Source: a virus (lineage: Duplodnaviria > Caudoviricetes). Taken from it: DNA of 41,607 nucleotides. The notes under the pieces were generated by a model. The model was not told where the DNA came from, did no database searches, and worked only from the letters and a program-made list of their open reading frames with translations. Every line of letters begins with the position of its first letter. The stretch's first letter is position 1. Location of the stretch: positions 1 through 41,607 of the IMG/VR virus record IMGVR_UViG_3300037479_000620, one strand, 5' to 3'. Below, piece after piece: positions 25,448-35,500 of this stretch. A program made the translations under genes and the position numbers.

Positions 25448-25957
25448 GTGGCCGGCGCCTCGATTCGCATCGACGACGACGGCCTGGAGAAGGCACTCGG
25501 CGCGATCGTCGAGGCGGGGCGGAATCCCCAGCCCGCGCTCGAGGAGATCGGCGTCTACGCCGTCAAGAGCACGCGCGGCCGTTTCTTCGAAGAGCAGGGC
25601 CCCGGTGGCCTGCCGTGGCTGCCCTCGATCCGCAGGCAGCGCGAGGGCGGCCGCACGCTGACCGCAAGCGGGCGCCTCCGCGGCGACATCAGCTATCAGG
25701 CCGGGCCCGATTTCGTCGAATGGGGCACGGCCGTGATCTACGGCGGCGTGCACCAGTTCGGCGCCACGATCCGCCCGAAGACCGCCAAGGCGCTCGTCTT
25801 CGAGATCCCCGGCGTCGGCTGGGTCACGCGCAAGGAAGTGACGATCCCGGCGCGGCCGTTCCTCGGCGTCGACGACGCCGATCGCGAGGCCATGGGCGAG
25901 ATCCTCGTGCACTGGCTCGAGGAAGCCGCGTCGGCGCGCGGCGAAGGTTCCCCATGA
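25448..25957 (+). CDS. Virion morphogenesis protein (Mu gpG/P2 gpS-like)
   Basis: RFFEEQGPGG.PW.P, LTASGRLRGDI, YGGVHQFG, IPARPFLGV. Confidence 0.9.
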   Translation: MAGASIRIDDDGLEKALGAIVEAGRNPQPALEEIGVYAVKSTRGRFFEEQGPGGLPWLPSIRRQREGGRTLTASGRLRGDISYQAGPDFVEWGTAVIYGGVHQFGATIRPKTAKALVFEIPGVGWVTRKEVTIPARPFLGVDDADREAMGEILVHWLEEAASARGEGSP

Positions 25958-26036
25958 TGCCGTTGCCGCCGCGCGCCTTCGGGGCGAAGCGCCAAGGGCG
26001 CTTCGCCGTAAGCAGCTCCGCCTTCGGAGCTGCGCC

Positions 26037-26483
26037 GTGATCGCCGTCCTGCAAGCGCGCCTCGCCGCGATCGCGCCGAACCCGTTCAAATCGATCGAGA
26101 CGGCGGCCAGCGTCGCGGTCGTGCGCGAGAGCCCGCCGCCGCGCGAGCGCACGCCGATCGCCTACGTGCTGCCGCTCGGCGCGGCGCCGCGCGCGCCCGA
26201 GTTCGCGACGGGAATCACGACACAGCAATTCCTCGCGCGCTACGGCGTGGTGATCGCGGCGCCGGCACAGGCGCAGCGCCAGGGCGAGCAGGCCGCCGTC
26301 GAGATCGAGCCGCTCTCGCTCGCGGTCCGCAAGCAGCTCTTCGGCTGGCAGCCGGCCGATGCCGGCGACGAGTTCTTCATGCGGCCGATGGAGCTCGCCG
26401 GCGGCCGCCTCGTCGGCCTCGGCGCCGGCCTCGTCCTGTGGCTCGAGGAGTTCGCGATCATGCAGGAAATGAGGAGCGCCTGA
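26037..26483 (+). CDS. Tail terminator-like protein
   Basis: TPIAYVLPL...VRKQLFGWQP...LWLEEF; synteny. Confidence 0.7.
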   Translation: MIAVLQARLAAIAPNPFKSIETAASVAVVRESPPPRERTPIAYVLPLGAAPRAPEFATGITTQQFLARYGVVIAAPAQAQRQGEQAAVEIEPLSLAVRKQLFGWQPADAGDEFFMRPMELAGGRLVGLGAGLVLWLEEFAIMQEMRSA

Positions 26484-26677
26484 TGGCCGAAGAGAAGAAG
26501 GCCGACGCTTCGACAAGCGCTCAGCGCGAATCGCCGCGGGAGGGCGGCTCCTACGTTCGCAGGAACGGGAAGCTCCAGCTTGTCGAGAACACGAAACCCT
26601 ACGAGCCCAAAAGGCCCGGCGAAGCCACTCCGGCTTCGCCCCCAAGCCCGGCGTCCTCGCCGGGCGACAAGGAGTAG
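26483..26677 (+). CDS. Small hypothetical protein
   Basis: PREGGSYVRRNGKLQLVENT; SD GAGGAG. Confidence 0.55.
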   Translation: MAEEKKADASTSAQRESPREGGSYVRRNGKLQLVENTKPYEPKRPGEATPASPPSPASSPGDKE

Positions 26678-26683
26678 CGCCCG

Positions 26684-27619
26684 ATGCCGAAGAAGTGGGC
26701 CAAGAAGGCGGGCCTCTCGAAAATCGAGGCCAGCTACGGCGTGGACCCCACGCCCACCGGCGCGGCCAACGCGATCGAGTGGTACGACTTCACCTTCCGC
26801 CGGCTTTCGACGCTGCTCCCGCGCAGCTATGCGAAGCCCACGCTCGGCGCCGTCGCCGACACCGAGGCGCTGGTGCACGCGCAGGTCACCGGCAACGTGC
26901 CGATCGCCGGCGCCGGCGCCGCCGGCACGGCCCCGAAATACGGCCCGCTGCTGCGCGCCTGCGCGCTCGCCGAGGCGATCGAGGTGGGCGTCGACGTCGA
27001 GTACACGCCCGTCTCGGCCGGCGAGGAAAGCATCACGCACTACTGGCACATGGATGGCGATCTCGCGAAGCTCCTGGGGGCGCGCGGCACGGTCGGGCTC
27101 GATTTCGTGCACGGCCAGAAGCCGATGTTCCGCTTCGACTTCATGGGCCTCTTCCCCGCCGAGCCCGGCGCCGCGGCGCTGCCCTCGCTGACGATGACCG
27201 GCTGGCAGCCGCCCAAGGCGGGCAGCTCGGTCAACACGCCCACCTTCACGCTCGGCGGCGTTGCGCTGAAGCTCCACTCGCTCTCCGTCAATCTCAACAT
27301 CGACCGCGACTTCCGCGACTACACCAACCACACCGAGGTGGCGGTGACCGGGCGCGAGAACGGCGTGCGCGGCGATCTCGTCGTGCTCGCCGAGCCGCTC
27401 GGCACCTGGAACCCCTTCTCGATCGCGAAGGCCGAGACGCAGGCGGCGCTGCAGCTGATCCACGGCGTCGGCGCCGGCAACATCGTGCAGCTCGACGCGC
27501 CGAAGGTGCAGATCCTGCAGCCGCAATACGACACGGTGAACGGCAACGCCGTGATCCGTTGCGCGCTGCTCTTCGCCGAGAACGCCGGCAACGACGAGGT
27601 CAAAATCACCGTCAAGTGA
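26684..27619 (+). CDS. Major tail tube protein
   Basis: KIEASYGVDPTPTGAANA, GTAPKYGPLLRACAL, GARGTV, HGVGAGNIV, GNDEVKI. Confidence 0.85.
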   Translation: MPKKWAKKAGLSKIEASYGVDPTPTGAANAIEWYDFTFRRLSTLLPRSYAKPTLGAVADTEALVHAQVTGNVPIAGAGAAGTAPKYGPLLRACALAEAIEVGVDVEYTPVSAGEESITHYWHMDGDLAKLLGARGTVGLDFVHGQKPMFRFDFMGLFPAEPGAAALPSLTMTGWQPPKAGSSVNTPTFTLGGVALKLHSLSVNLNIDRDFRDYTNHTEVAVTGRENGVRGDLVVLAEPLGTWNPFSIAKAETQAALQLIHGVGAGNIVQLDAPKVQILQPQYDTVNGNAVIRCALLFAENAGNDEVKITVK

Positions 27620-27676
27620 CGGTCATTTTTTCTGGCGAAGCGGAGCTTCGCCACAAGACGAAGGAGACGGGCGCCC

Positions 27677-28021
27677 ATGAAGTTCGTGTTCAGGAAGAGC
27701 GTGCGATTCGAGGCGCAGGTGATCGTGCGCGAGCCGGGCAGCGGCGCCGTCTTCGACTTCGTCGGCGTCTTCGAGATCGTGCCGAGGAGCGGCGACGACG
27801 ACGCCGACTTCCGGAGGGCGTTCGTCGGCTGGCGCGGCATCGGCGACGAGGGCGCGCCCGACAACGAGCTGCCGATCACGGAGGCGAACAAGGCGGCGCT
27901 GCTCGGGCAGCCGCACGTGGCCCACGCGGTGGCGCGCGCCTATTTCGGCGAGCTGGTGCGGTATCCGGAAAAAAACGCCGCAGCGCCGGCCGCGCCTGGG
28001 CCGGCGCCCGCGCCGCACTGA
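27677..28021 (+). CDS. Tail assembly chaperone (short form)
   Basis: FVGWRGIGDE...LPITEANKAALL; ends just after slippery EKN. Confidence 0.8.
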   Translation: MKFVFRKSVRFEAQVIVREPGSGAVFDFVGVFEIVPRSGDDDADFRRAFVGWRGIGDEGAPDNELPITEANKAALLGQPHVAHAVARAYFGELVRYPEKNAAAPAAPGPAPAPH

Positions 28022-28353
28022 CGCCGGCGGAGCAGGACGAGTTCCGGCGCGATCTCGAGGCGCTGGGCGTTGCCGATGCCGGCGCCGCGGCACCGGCGGC
28101 GGACGAGGAGACGGTGGAGCTGTTGGAAGAGAGCCGGGAGGCTTGGGGTTTGTTCATCGCGAGCGCCACGCAATGGCGATACGCCGGCATGGGCGGCGAG
28201 CGTGCCGGGCTCGACTATGCCGGCGTGCGCGCCGTGGCGGATGCGCGCGGCATCGCGTGGACGGCGACGCTGCTGAAGCAGATCTCGGATTTCGAGCGCG
28301 GCGCGCTCGACGGTTTTGCCGAAACCGCGCGACGGGAGGCGGAGCGTGGTTGA
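27970..28353 (+). CDS. Tail assembly chaperone -1 frameshift extension (DUF1799-like)
   Basis: -1 frame after A-AAA-AAC encodes AWGLFIASATQWRYAGMGG..GLDYAGV. Confidence 0.8.
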   Translation, partial: KKRRSAGRAWAGARAALTPAEQDEFRRDLEALGVADAGAAAPAADEETVELLEESREAWGLFIASATQWRYAGMGGERAGLDYAGVRAVADARGIAWTATLLKQISDFERGALDGFAETARREAERG

Positions 28354-30286
28354 TTTTGTTGTTGGCGCGCGCTTCGAGGTGAAGACCAACACGCTCGTCT
28401 CGGCGGCCAACGAGAACCGCGAGGCGCTGGAGAAATTGAAGGCCGCCGCGGCCGAGGCCGACCGGCAGGTGGGCGGCCTCGTCGACGGCCAGGGAAGAAT
28501 CACGCGCGAAGGCAAGGCGGCGGCCAAGGCGATCGAGGACACCGAGAAGGCGCTCGGGCGGTACCTCGCGCGCATTGACCCGGCGGGCCGCGCGACGAAG
28601 GTGCTTGCCGAAGGCCAGGAGCTGCTCGATCGCGCGCTGAAGCTTGGCATCATCAGCCAGGATCAGCACGCCGTAGGGATGGCGAAGGCCAAGAAAGCTT
28701 CGGACGATCTGCTGTTCACGAAGCAGAATCTCTTGAAGGGGCACCTCGACGTGAATCAGGCCGTCCGCGCCGGGACGGGCCTGCTGCTCGGGATGGCCGG
28801 CGGGTTGGCGGCGACGACCGCGGGCGCTCTCGCCGACAAGCTGGCGACCGAGCTGTTGTCGGCCGCGTATTTCGAGCTTCGGGCGGCGCTCGATTCGACG
28901 TTGCGCGTGCAGCGCGACGTTGAGGCCGCAATGGCGCAGGGCAAGCTCAAGAAGGAGGAGCTGAAGCTTTCGAGCGAGGAACTGCGCCGCGCCTACGACG
29001 CGGAAACGGAGGGGCTCGTCTTCCTGCTCGGGAAGATGAAGGATCTGGATGCGATCCAGCGCGGCATCAACCTCCTGCCCGGCGGCGCTCAGTTCCAGTG
29101 GTTCCAGCGCTGGGTCGAGGACCAAAGCGGCTTCACCGAAGCGCAGCGCCAGAGTGCGGAGACGATGCTGCGCGCGACGCGCGGCGAGTATAACGACGGC
29201 GCGCGCGGCGACCCGCGCAACCGCGTCAACTCGTCGGACTATTATCGCCCGCCGCGCCCGGGCGCTCGTTCGACCGGGCCCCGCCTCACCGGCGGCGAGC
29301 GCGAGCTGCTGCGCCAGGCCGACGCGGCGATCAAGGCCGCGCGCGCGCTCGACGAATACGCCGAGGCGAGCCGCGACATCATCGAGAAGGCCGAGGCCGA
29401 GCTTTCCGGCCGGCGCGAGCTGACCGCGCAGATCGAGCTCGAGGCCCAGCTCCGGAAGCGCCACGGCGTCCAATACGTCGAGGACAACCGCGATCGCATC
29501 GCGGCGCTGGCGCAGGAGCGCGCGGCCGCGCAGCGCGTGGCCGATCAATACAAGGCGACGGCGCAGTTCATCGAGAACACGACCGAGGCCGCCGGCGCCA
29601 TCCTCGACGCCACGCTCGTGCTGGCCTTCGACCGCGGCGAGGACGCGGTGAAGAGCTGGGAAGGCACCGTTCTCTCCTCGCTGCGCCAGGTCGGCGCCGA
29701 GCTGCAGCGCCTCGCGATCATAAACCCCATCCTGAACGCATTCGGCGGGAACCGCCCCACGGCCTACGGCCAGGGCGGGCTCATCGATCAGATCTTCCGC
29801 AGCCTCTTGGGCGGCAGCGGGACTACGGGCGCCGGCTTCGATCCGAACATCGGCGCGAACATCGCGCACGAAGGCTGGCGCGTCGGCACGCCGGGCCCGA
29901 CGCGGCTCGTGCCGAAGGAGCTGTTCTACGGCGCGCCGCGCGCGCACAGCGGGCTCTATCTCGGGCCCGGCGAAAGGCCGGTGATCGTCGAGGACGGCGA
30001 GACGATCCTGAACCCGCGCCAGCTCGACACCGCCGGCGGCCTCGTGCGCGCGCTCGCCGCGCTGGCCTTCCAGCGCGACGGCGGCGGCGATGCGCCTGTC
30101 ATCAACATCATCGACCAGCGCGGCGCGAATGCGCCGCCGGTCGAGGCGCGCCCGCGCCGCGGCGCCGGGGGGCGCATCGAGGTCGACTTCATCGTCCGCG
30201 AAGGCGGCCGCAAGGCGATCGGCTCGGGCGATTGGGACAGCGCGCTGCAAACGCGCTACGGCATCGTGCCGGTGCTGGCGCGCTAG
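28346..30286 (+). CDS. Tape measure protein
   Basis: ~646 aa, Ala/Glu/Arg-rich helical; C-terminal AHEGWRVG...APRAHSG..LGPGERPVIVEDGETIL; follows chaperones. Confidence 0.85.
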   Translation: MVDFVVGARFEVKTNTLVSAANENREALEKLKAAAAEADRQVGGLVDGQGRITREGKAAAKAIEDTEKALGRYLARIDPAGRATKVLAEGQELLDRALKLGIISQDQHAVGMAKAKKASDDLLFTKQNLLKGHLDVNQAVRAGTGLLLGMAGGLAATTAGALADKLATELLSAAYFELRAALDSTLRVQRDVEAAMAQGKLKKEELKLSSEELRRAYDAETEGLVFLLGKMKDLDAIQRGINLLPGGAQFQWFQRWVEDQSGFTEAQRQSAETMLRATRGEYNDGARGDPRNRVNSSDYYRPPRPGARSTGPRLTGGERELLRQADAAIKAARALDEYAEASRDIIEKAEAELSGRRELTAQIELEAQLRKRHGVQYVEDNRDRIAALAQERAAAQRVADQYKATAQFIENTTEAAGAILDATLVLAFDRGEDAVKSWEGTVLSSLRQVGAELQRLAIINPILNAFGGNRPTAYGQGGLIDQIFRSLLGGSGTTGAGFDPNIGANIAHEGWRVGTPGPTRLVPKELFYGAPRAHSGLYLGPGERPVIVEDGETILNPRQLDTAGGLVRALAALAFQRDGGGDAPVINIIDQRGANAPPVEARPRRGAGGRIEVDFIVREGGRKAIGSGDWDSALQTRYGIVPVLAR

Positions 30287-30378
30287 ATGGCGACGCAACG
30301 CAAAGGGCGTTGCTTACGGCGAATCGCGGCAAGCGCCGCGATTCGCCCGAAGCGGGCATCGCCCTCTCGAAGGAGTAA

Positions 30379-30756
30379 ATGACGATGCCCGCGACGTGGC
30401 CCCCGCAGCTCCCGACCGAGCCGCTGGCTTCGAGCTGGAAGCCCAAGCCCGATCCGCGCGGCCGCATCGCGAGCCAGGTCGACGAAGGCCCGTCCAAGGC
30501 GCGCCGGCGCGGCGCGCTGCGGACCAAGCCGCTCGACCCCACCTACGTGATCCCGCGCGCCGATTTCGCGCTGTTCGAGACCTTCTTCGAGGACACGCTC
30601 GGCGAAGGCGTGCTGCCGTTCGACTGGCCCGACCCCGTCGCGGCCGTGACGCGCCGCGTGCGCTTCCGGCCGAGCGAGCAAGAGCCCTATGCGGCCGAGC
30701 TCGAGCGCGGCGGGAAGAACTATCTCGTCACCATCAAGATCGAGGTCTTGCCCTGA
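30379..30756 (+). CDS. Distal tail protein-like
   Basis: WPPQLP...GPSKARRR...FETFFEDTLGEGVLPFDWPDP; follows TMP. Confidence 0.75.
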   Translation: MTMPATWPPQLPTEPLASSWKPKPDPRGRIASQVDEGPSKARRRGALRTKPLDPTYVIPRADFALFETFFEDTLGEGVLPFDWPDPVAAVTRRVRFRPSEQEPYAAELERGGKNYLVTIKIEVLP

Positions 30757-30828
30757 TGCTCTCCCTTCAGTTACGGCGAATGGCCACAGGCCATTCGCCC
30801 CGAAGCTCCTCTTTTTAGAGGAGCGACA

Positions 30829-31356
30829 ATGCCGCTCTCCGAAGACGCCAAGCGCGCTGCGTTCGACCAGGAATCGGAAGAGGCCTGGATCGTGCTGCTC
30901 GCGATCACGCACCCCGAGCTCGCGGTGAGCGGCCAGACGCTGCGCGTGTGCGATCAGGGCACGGCCGTCGACGAGCTGGGCCGCGAATACGTCGATCACG
31001 ACGGCGAGCGCTACTACGCGGCCGGCTTCGATTTCGAGCTGCCGGCCGACCGCGAGGGCGAAACGCCGAAGGCGAAGATCCGGATCGACAACGTCGGCAC
31101 GGTCACCGTCGACGGCCAGGAGATCCGCATCCTCCAGGAGATCCGGAAGCTCACGACCGCACCGGCGCTCGCCTGCCGCATCGTGCTGGCCTCCGACCCC
31201 GACATCGTCGAGTACGAGCTGCACGAGCTCACGCTCGTCGACGTGCGCGGCAACGCCGCCACGATCGAGGGCGTGCTCGGCTACGAGGACACGTTCAACC
31301 AGGCGTTCCCGGCGATCACCTACTCGCCTGCGACGGCGCCGGGGATGTTCCCATGA
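30829..31356 (+). CDS. Tail tip protein (DUF1833-like)
   Basis: LLAITHPEL, FDFELP, AKIRIDNV, VLASDPD.VE, YSPATAPGMF. Confidence 0.8.
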   Translation: MPLSEDAKRAAFDQESEEAWIVLLAITHPELAVSGQTLRVCDQGTAVDELGREYVDHDGERYYAAGFDFELPADREGETPKAKIRIDNVGTVTVDGQEIRILQEIRKLTTAPALACRIVLASDPDIVEYELHELTLVDVRGNAATIEGVLGYEDTFNQAFPAITYSPATAPGMFP

Positions 31357-31910
31357 CGTCGCTCGCCAAGGGGCGAGCTTACGGCGAAGCGCCGCGTAGC
31401 GGTGCGACGCCCAGCGGACTCGAGGTGCTGGCGGCGCTCAGGCGCGCGCCCGCCGGCATGGCCGTGCCGCCGGCGGTCGCGCACTACGTGGGCATCCCGT
31501 TCGCGCCGAAAGGCGACCGCTTCGAGGGCGCCGATTGCCGCGGCCTGCAGTGCCTCGTCTACGAGCGCGAACGCGGCATTTCGCTGCCGCGGCACCACGA
31601 GGCCTACGACGCGAAGTGGCTCGGCGAGCGCCCGACGCGCGAGGACGCGCGGCGCCTCGCCGACACGGTGGCGCGCCTCCTGGAGCCGGATTGGCGGCAG
31701 ATCGCGTTCGACGAGGCCGAGCTCTACGATTCGCTGCTGCTGCCGATCGCCGGCGAGCCCTGCCACATCGCGATGTATGTCGGCGATCTCCACATCCTGC
31801 ATGTGGAGCGCGAGATCGCGGCGGTGTGCGAGGATCTCCGCACCCCGCGCTGGCAATCGCGGATCAGGCGCGCGCGGCTCTTCCGCCACGCGGGGGCGGC
31901 GCGATGCTAG
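31353..31910 (+). CDS. NlpC/P60-family tail protein
   Basis: YVGIPF...GADCRGL...HIAMY...ILH. Confidence 0.85.
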   Translation: MTSLAKGRAYGEAPRSGATPSGLEVLAALRRAPAGMAVPPAVAHYVGIPFAPKGDRFEGADCRGLQCLVYERERGISLPRHHEAYDAKWLGERPTREDARRLADTVARLLEPDWRQIAFDEAELYDSLLLPIAGEPCHIAMYVGDLHILHVEREIAAVCEDLRTPRWQSRIRRARLFRHAGAARC

Positions 31911-32182
31911 CGGCGCGGGCCCAGATAGAGGAAGCCCATGCGCTCCATGCAGCGGATGGCGAGCGCGCGCTCAAGCGCAGGAGGGAACGTCGAGCGCGTG
32001 TCGAAGCAATGCGCGAAGTAGTAGCGCCGCCACGCGTCTTCGTCTTTCTCGTGGTAGTACATGCCGTGCCGTGCGGCTTCATTCGGATGCGGCGCGAGAA
32101 AATCGGTTTTCCGCAACGGGTCTTCGCAGCTCGCGGCGGCAAGCGCGACGCACGCGGCGGCGGTCAGCGCCCGGCCCCTCAT
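31907..32182 (-). CDS. Small lipoprotein (moron)
   Basis: MRGRALTAAACVALAAASC lipobox-like; antisense to tail operon. Confidence 0.65.
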   Translation of the reverse strand: MRGRALTAAACVALAAASCEDPLRKTDFLAPHPNEAARHGMYYHEKDEDAWRRYYFAHCFDTRSTFPPALERALAIRCMERMGFLYLGPRR

Positions 32183-32185
32183 CGC

Positions 32186-32500
32186 TCAGCCTTTGCAGCG
32201 GCCGCGGTAGTAGATCTTGTAGACGCCGGCTCCGAACAGGCCCTGGCCCTCTTGTGCCGCCTGCCGCTCCACGGTGTAGCCGTTCGGGCAGAGCTTGGCC
32301 GCGGTCACCTTTTGATCCAAGACCTCGCGCCGCATTGCCTCGTAGCGTGGCGAGTCTTCGGGGGCAGTTACATCGGCGTTCGCGATGAACGTGAACTCGC
32401 CCGACCCTGTCGGTATGAGCTGGCTGTAGACCCGGATGTGCGCGGGCGTGGCGCACGCGGCAAGAACAAGCGCGACGGAGCCGTACAAAAAAGCTCGCAT
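32186..32500 (-). CDS. Small lipoprotein (moron)
   Basis: MRAFLYGSVALVLAAC lipobox; CPNGY...YRGRC Cys pair. Confidence 0.75.
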   Translation of the reverse strand: MRAFLYGSVALVLAACATPAHIRVYSQLIPTGSGEFTFIANADVTAPEDSPRYEAMRREVLDQKVTAAKLCPNGYTVERQAAQEGQGLFGAGVYKIYYRGRCKG

Positions 32501-32534
32501 GGTTGGCCTCACGCGGCGGTTGAAGGGGCCTTCG

Positions 32535-35500
32535 ATGCGTCTTGATACGGCCTTCAAGCCGCGTTCGTCCAGCCCCGCCGGCGTGATGCGCCAAGAGGGC
32601 CGGCTTACGGCGAAGCGGCGCGACGCCGCTTCGCCCCCGGGCGCCGGCCCGGTCCAGCTCGACTTCGTGCATCCGCTCACGAAGGAGGTGACGACGGTGC
32701 GCGGCCCCGAGGGGGCCACGATCGCCGAGCTGCTGGCGATCGCCGGCGTCCGCCACCGGCGCTGGGGCGGCGGCAAGTGCTGGATCGAGGATGCCGAGCG
32801 CCGCCGCGAGCCGGTGCCGGTGGCGCGCGAGCATTTCGCGCGCGTGCGCCCGAAGGCCGGAACGATCACCACCGTGATGCTGTGGCCCAGCGGCGGCGGG
32901 GGCGGCGGCAAGGACATCCTGCGTGTCATCCTCGGCATCGTCGTGCTGATCGTCGCCGTTGTGGCGGCGTCCTTCGTCGGCCCGCTCGTCGCGCCTCTGG
33001 TCGGGGAGGCCCTTTCGCTCGTCGTGGGCGCGGTCGTTGCGACCGCCATCACCGTCGTCGGCAATCTGCTGATCAACGCGCTGATCCCGCCGTCGCGACC
33101 GCGGACGCCGGAGGAGCGGCTCGCGGGCCTGGCCGCGGACCGCAGCGCCTTCTACCTGCAAGGCGCCTCGAACCGCGCGAAGCCCTACGGCGTGATTCCG
33201 GTGCATCTCGGGCGCCTGCGCCGCTACGCCGATCTCGCCGCCGAATGGTTCACCGAGATCGTCGGCAACGATCAGTATCTGCGCGGCTTCCTCACCTGGG
33301 GCCTGGGCCGGCTCAAGATCTCCGATCTCAAGATCGGCGAGACGCCGCTGTCCGAATACGAGGGCGTCGAGGTGCGCACGGTGGAAGGCGTGGCCGGCGA
33401 CGGGCCGCCCCAGATCTACACCGACGACGCGCACACCGAGGGGCTTTCGCTGCAGCTCACGCTCGCCGGCGGCTGGCAGACTCGCGAGACCATCGCCGGC
33501 ATCGACGAGTTCCAGGTCGAGATCGCCTTCCCCGCCGGCCTCTTCCTGATCGCGAACAACGATCCGCACGGCACGATGATCGCGCGCACGATCGAGTTCG
33601 ACGCCGAGATGGCGCCCACCGGCACCGAGGACTGGACGGCCATCGCCTGGGCGAATGCCACCGAGTTCGGCTTCGGCACGCCGGGCAAGATCGTGATCAC
33701 CGACAAGACGCGCACCGGCCAGCCGCGCCGCGTCGGCCGCGCCAAGCCCAATCCGGCCGGTAACCCAACGAAGCAGTGGCGCGTGCGGCTCCGGCGCCTG
33801 AACGGGCCCGCCGGCGGGCACGGCTCGGACGATTCGTATTGGGCCGCGCTGAAGTCGATCAAGCACGTGCTGCCGCTGGGGCCGCAGCTCGTGGGCAAGC
33901 TCGCCTACACCGAGCTCCGCATCAAGGCGACGGGCCAGCTCAACGGCACGATCCAGGAGTTGAACGCGATCGTCGAGAGCTACGTCAAGCCCTTCGACGA
34001 GAACGGCTTCACCGGCGCCGAGATCGTCTCGCGCAACCCGGCCGAGCACTTCGCGCACGTCGCCACGCACTGGTCGGCCCTGCGCCCGATCGCGGCCGGC
34101 CGCATCGACTGGTTCAACCTCGTCGAGTGGCGCGACGCCTGCGCCGCGCCGGCGCAGGACGGCGAGCCGAAGTGGATGTTCGACCGCGTGCTGGAGAGCC
34201 CGTCTTCGCTCGGCCGCGTGCTCGACGAGATCGCGGCGGCAGGCCGCGCCCGGCGCGGCCTGCCGGGCGGCAAGCACGGCGTGATCCGCGACCTGCCGCA
34301 GACGGTGCCGAAGCAGCACTTCACGCCGCGCAGTTCCTGGGACTACGCGATCGACATTCCGTTTCGCCGGCGGCTTCATGCCGTCCGCGTGCGCTACAAC
34401 AAGGGCGGCCTCGGCCAGGAGGCCGAGATCGTCGTCTACGACGACGGCTACAGCCTCGACGGCTCGGTTCCGGGCACGGTGGCGGCCACGGAGATCGAGA
34501 CCGTCGAGGCGATCGGCTACACGCGCGAGGCCCAGGTGTGGCGCGACTGGCGCTACTGGCTGGCCGTGCAGAAGCTGCGCCCGCACAGCCACGAGCTGAG
34601 CGCCGACGTGGAGCACCTGGTGGCGGGCGGCCGCGGCGTGCTCGTGCGCTGCACGCACGAGGTGCCCGGCTTCGGCCTCGGCTCGGCGCGCATCAAGACC
34701 ACGTCCGTCGACGGCGGCGGCGAGTTCACCGGCGTGACGATCGACGCCGAAGTGACGATGGAGGCCGGGAAGAGCTACGGCGTGCGCTTCCGCAACCCGG
34801 CCGGCTCGTTCTACACGACCGTCGCGACGGTGCCCGGCGTCACCAAGACGCTGACCTTCTCGGTGCCGCAGCCGGCGAGCTGGGATCTGCGCGTGGGCGA
34901 CCTGCTCGGCTTCGGCCTGGCCGACAAGGAATCGGTGGAGCTGCTGCTGAACGGCGTGTCGCCCGGCGCCAACCTTTCGGCGCGGCTCTTCCTCGTCGAC
35001 GCGGCGCCGGGCGTGCACACGGCCGACACCGGGCCGATCCCCGCCTTCAATCCGCAGATCACGCGGCCGCCGCCCGATGCGCGCAAGCCCGAGGTGCCGG
35101 CGATCCGCGCGATCAAGAGCGACGAGAGCGTGCTCGAGCAGCGCGTGGGCGGCGCCCTCGTCGTGCGCTTCGTCGCCGAGTTCAACCCGCCGCAGGGGCA
35201 GCCGGTGCCCGAATACATCCAGGCGCGCTGGCGGCGGATCGACGCCACGCCGTGGACGCCGGGCTCGCTGCAGCCCTCGGCCGGCCTCGTCTATAGCGGC
35301 GTGGGCGTGGTGCAGGGCGAGACCTACCGCATCGAGTTCCGCCATGTGGCCGAGAGCGGCCTGGCCAGCGATTGGGTGGGCGCCACGCACACGATCGTCG
35401 GCAAGACCACGCGGCCGCCCGACGTGCCGACGCTGGCCGTCGCCGGCGACCACGTCGTCTGGACCTATCCGAACGCGCCACTCGACGTGCTGCACGGCGG

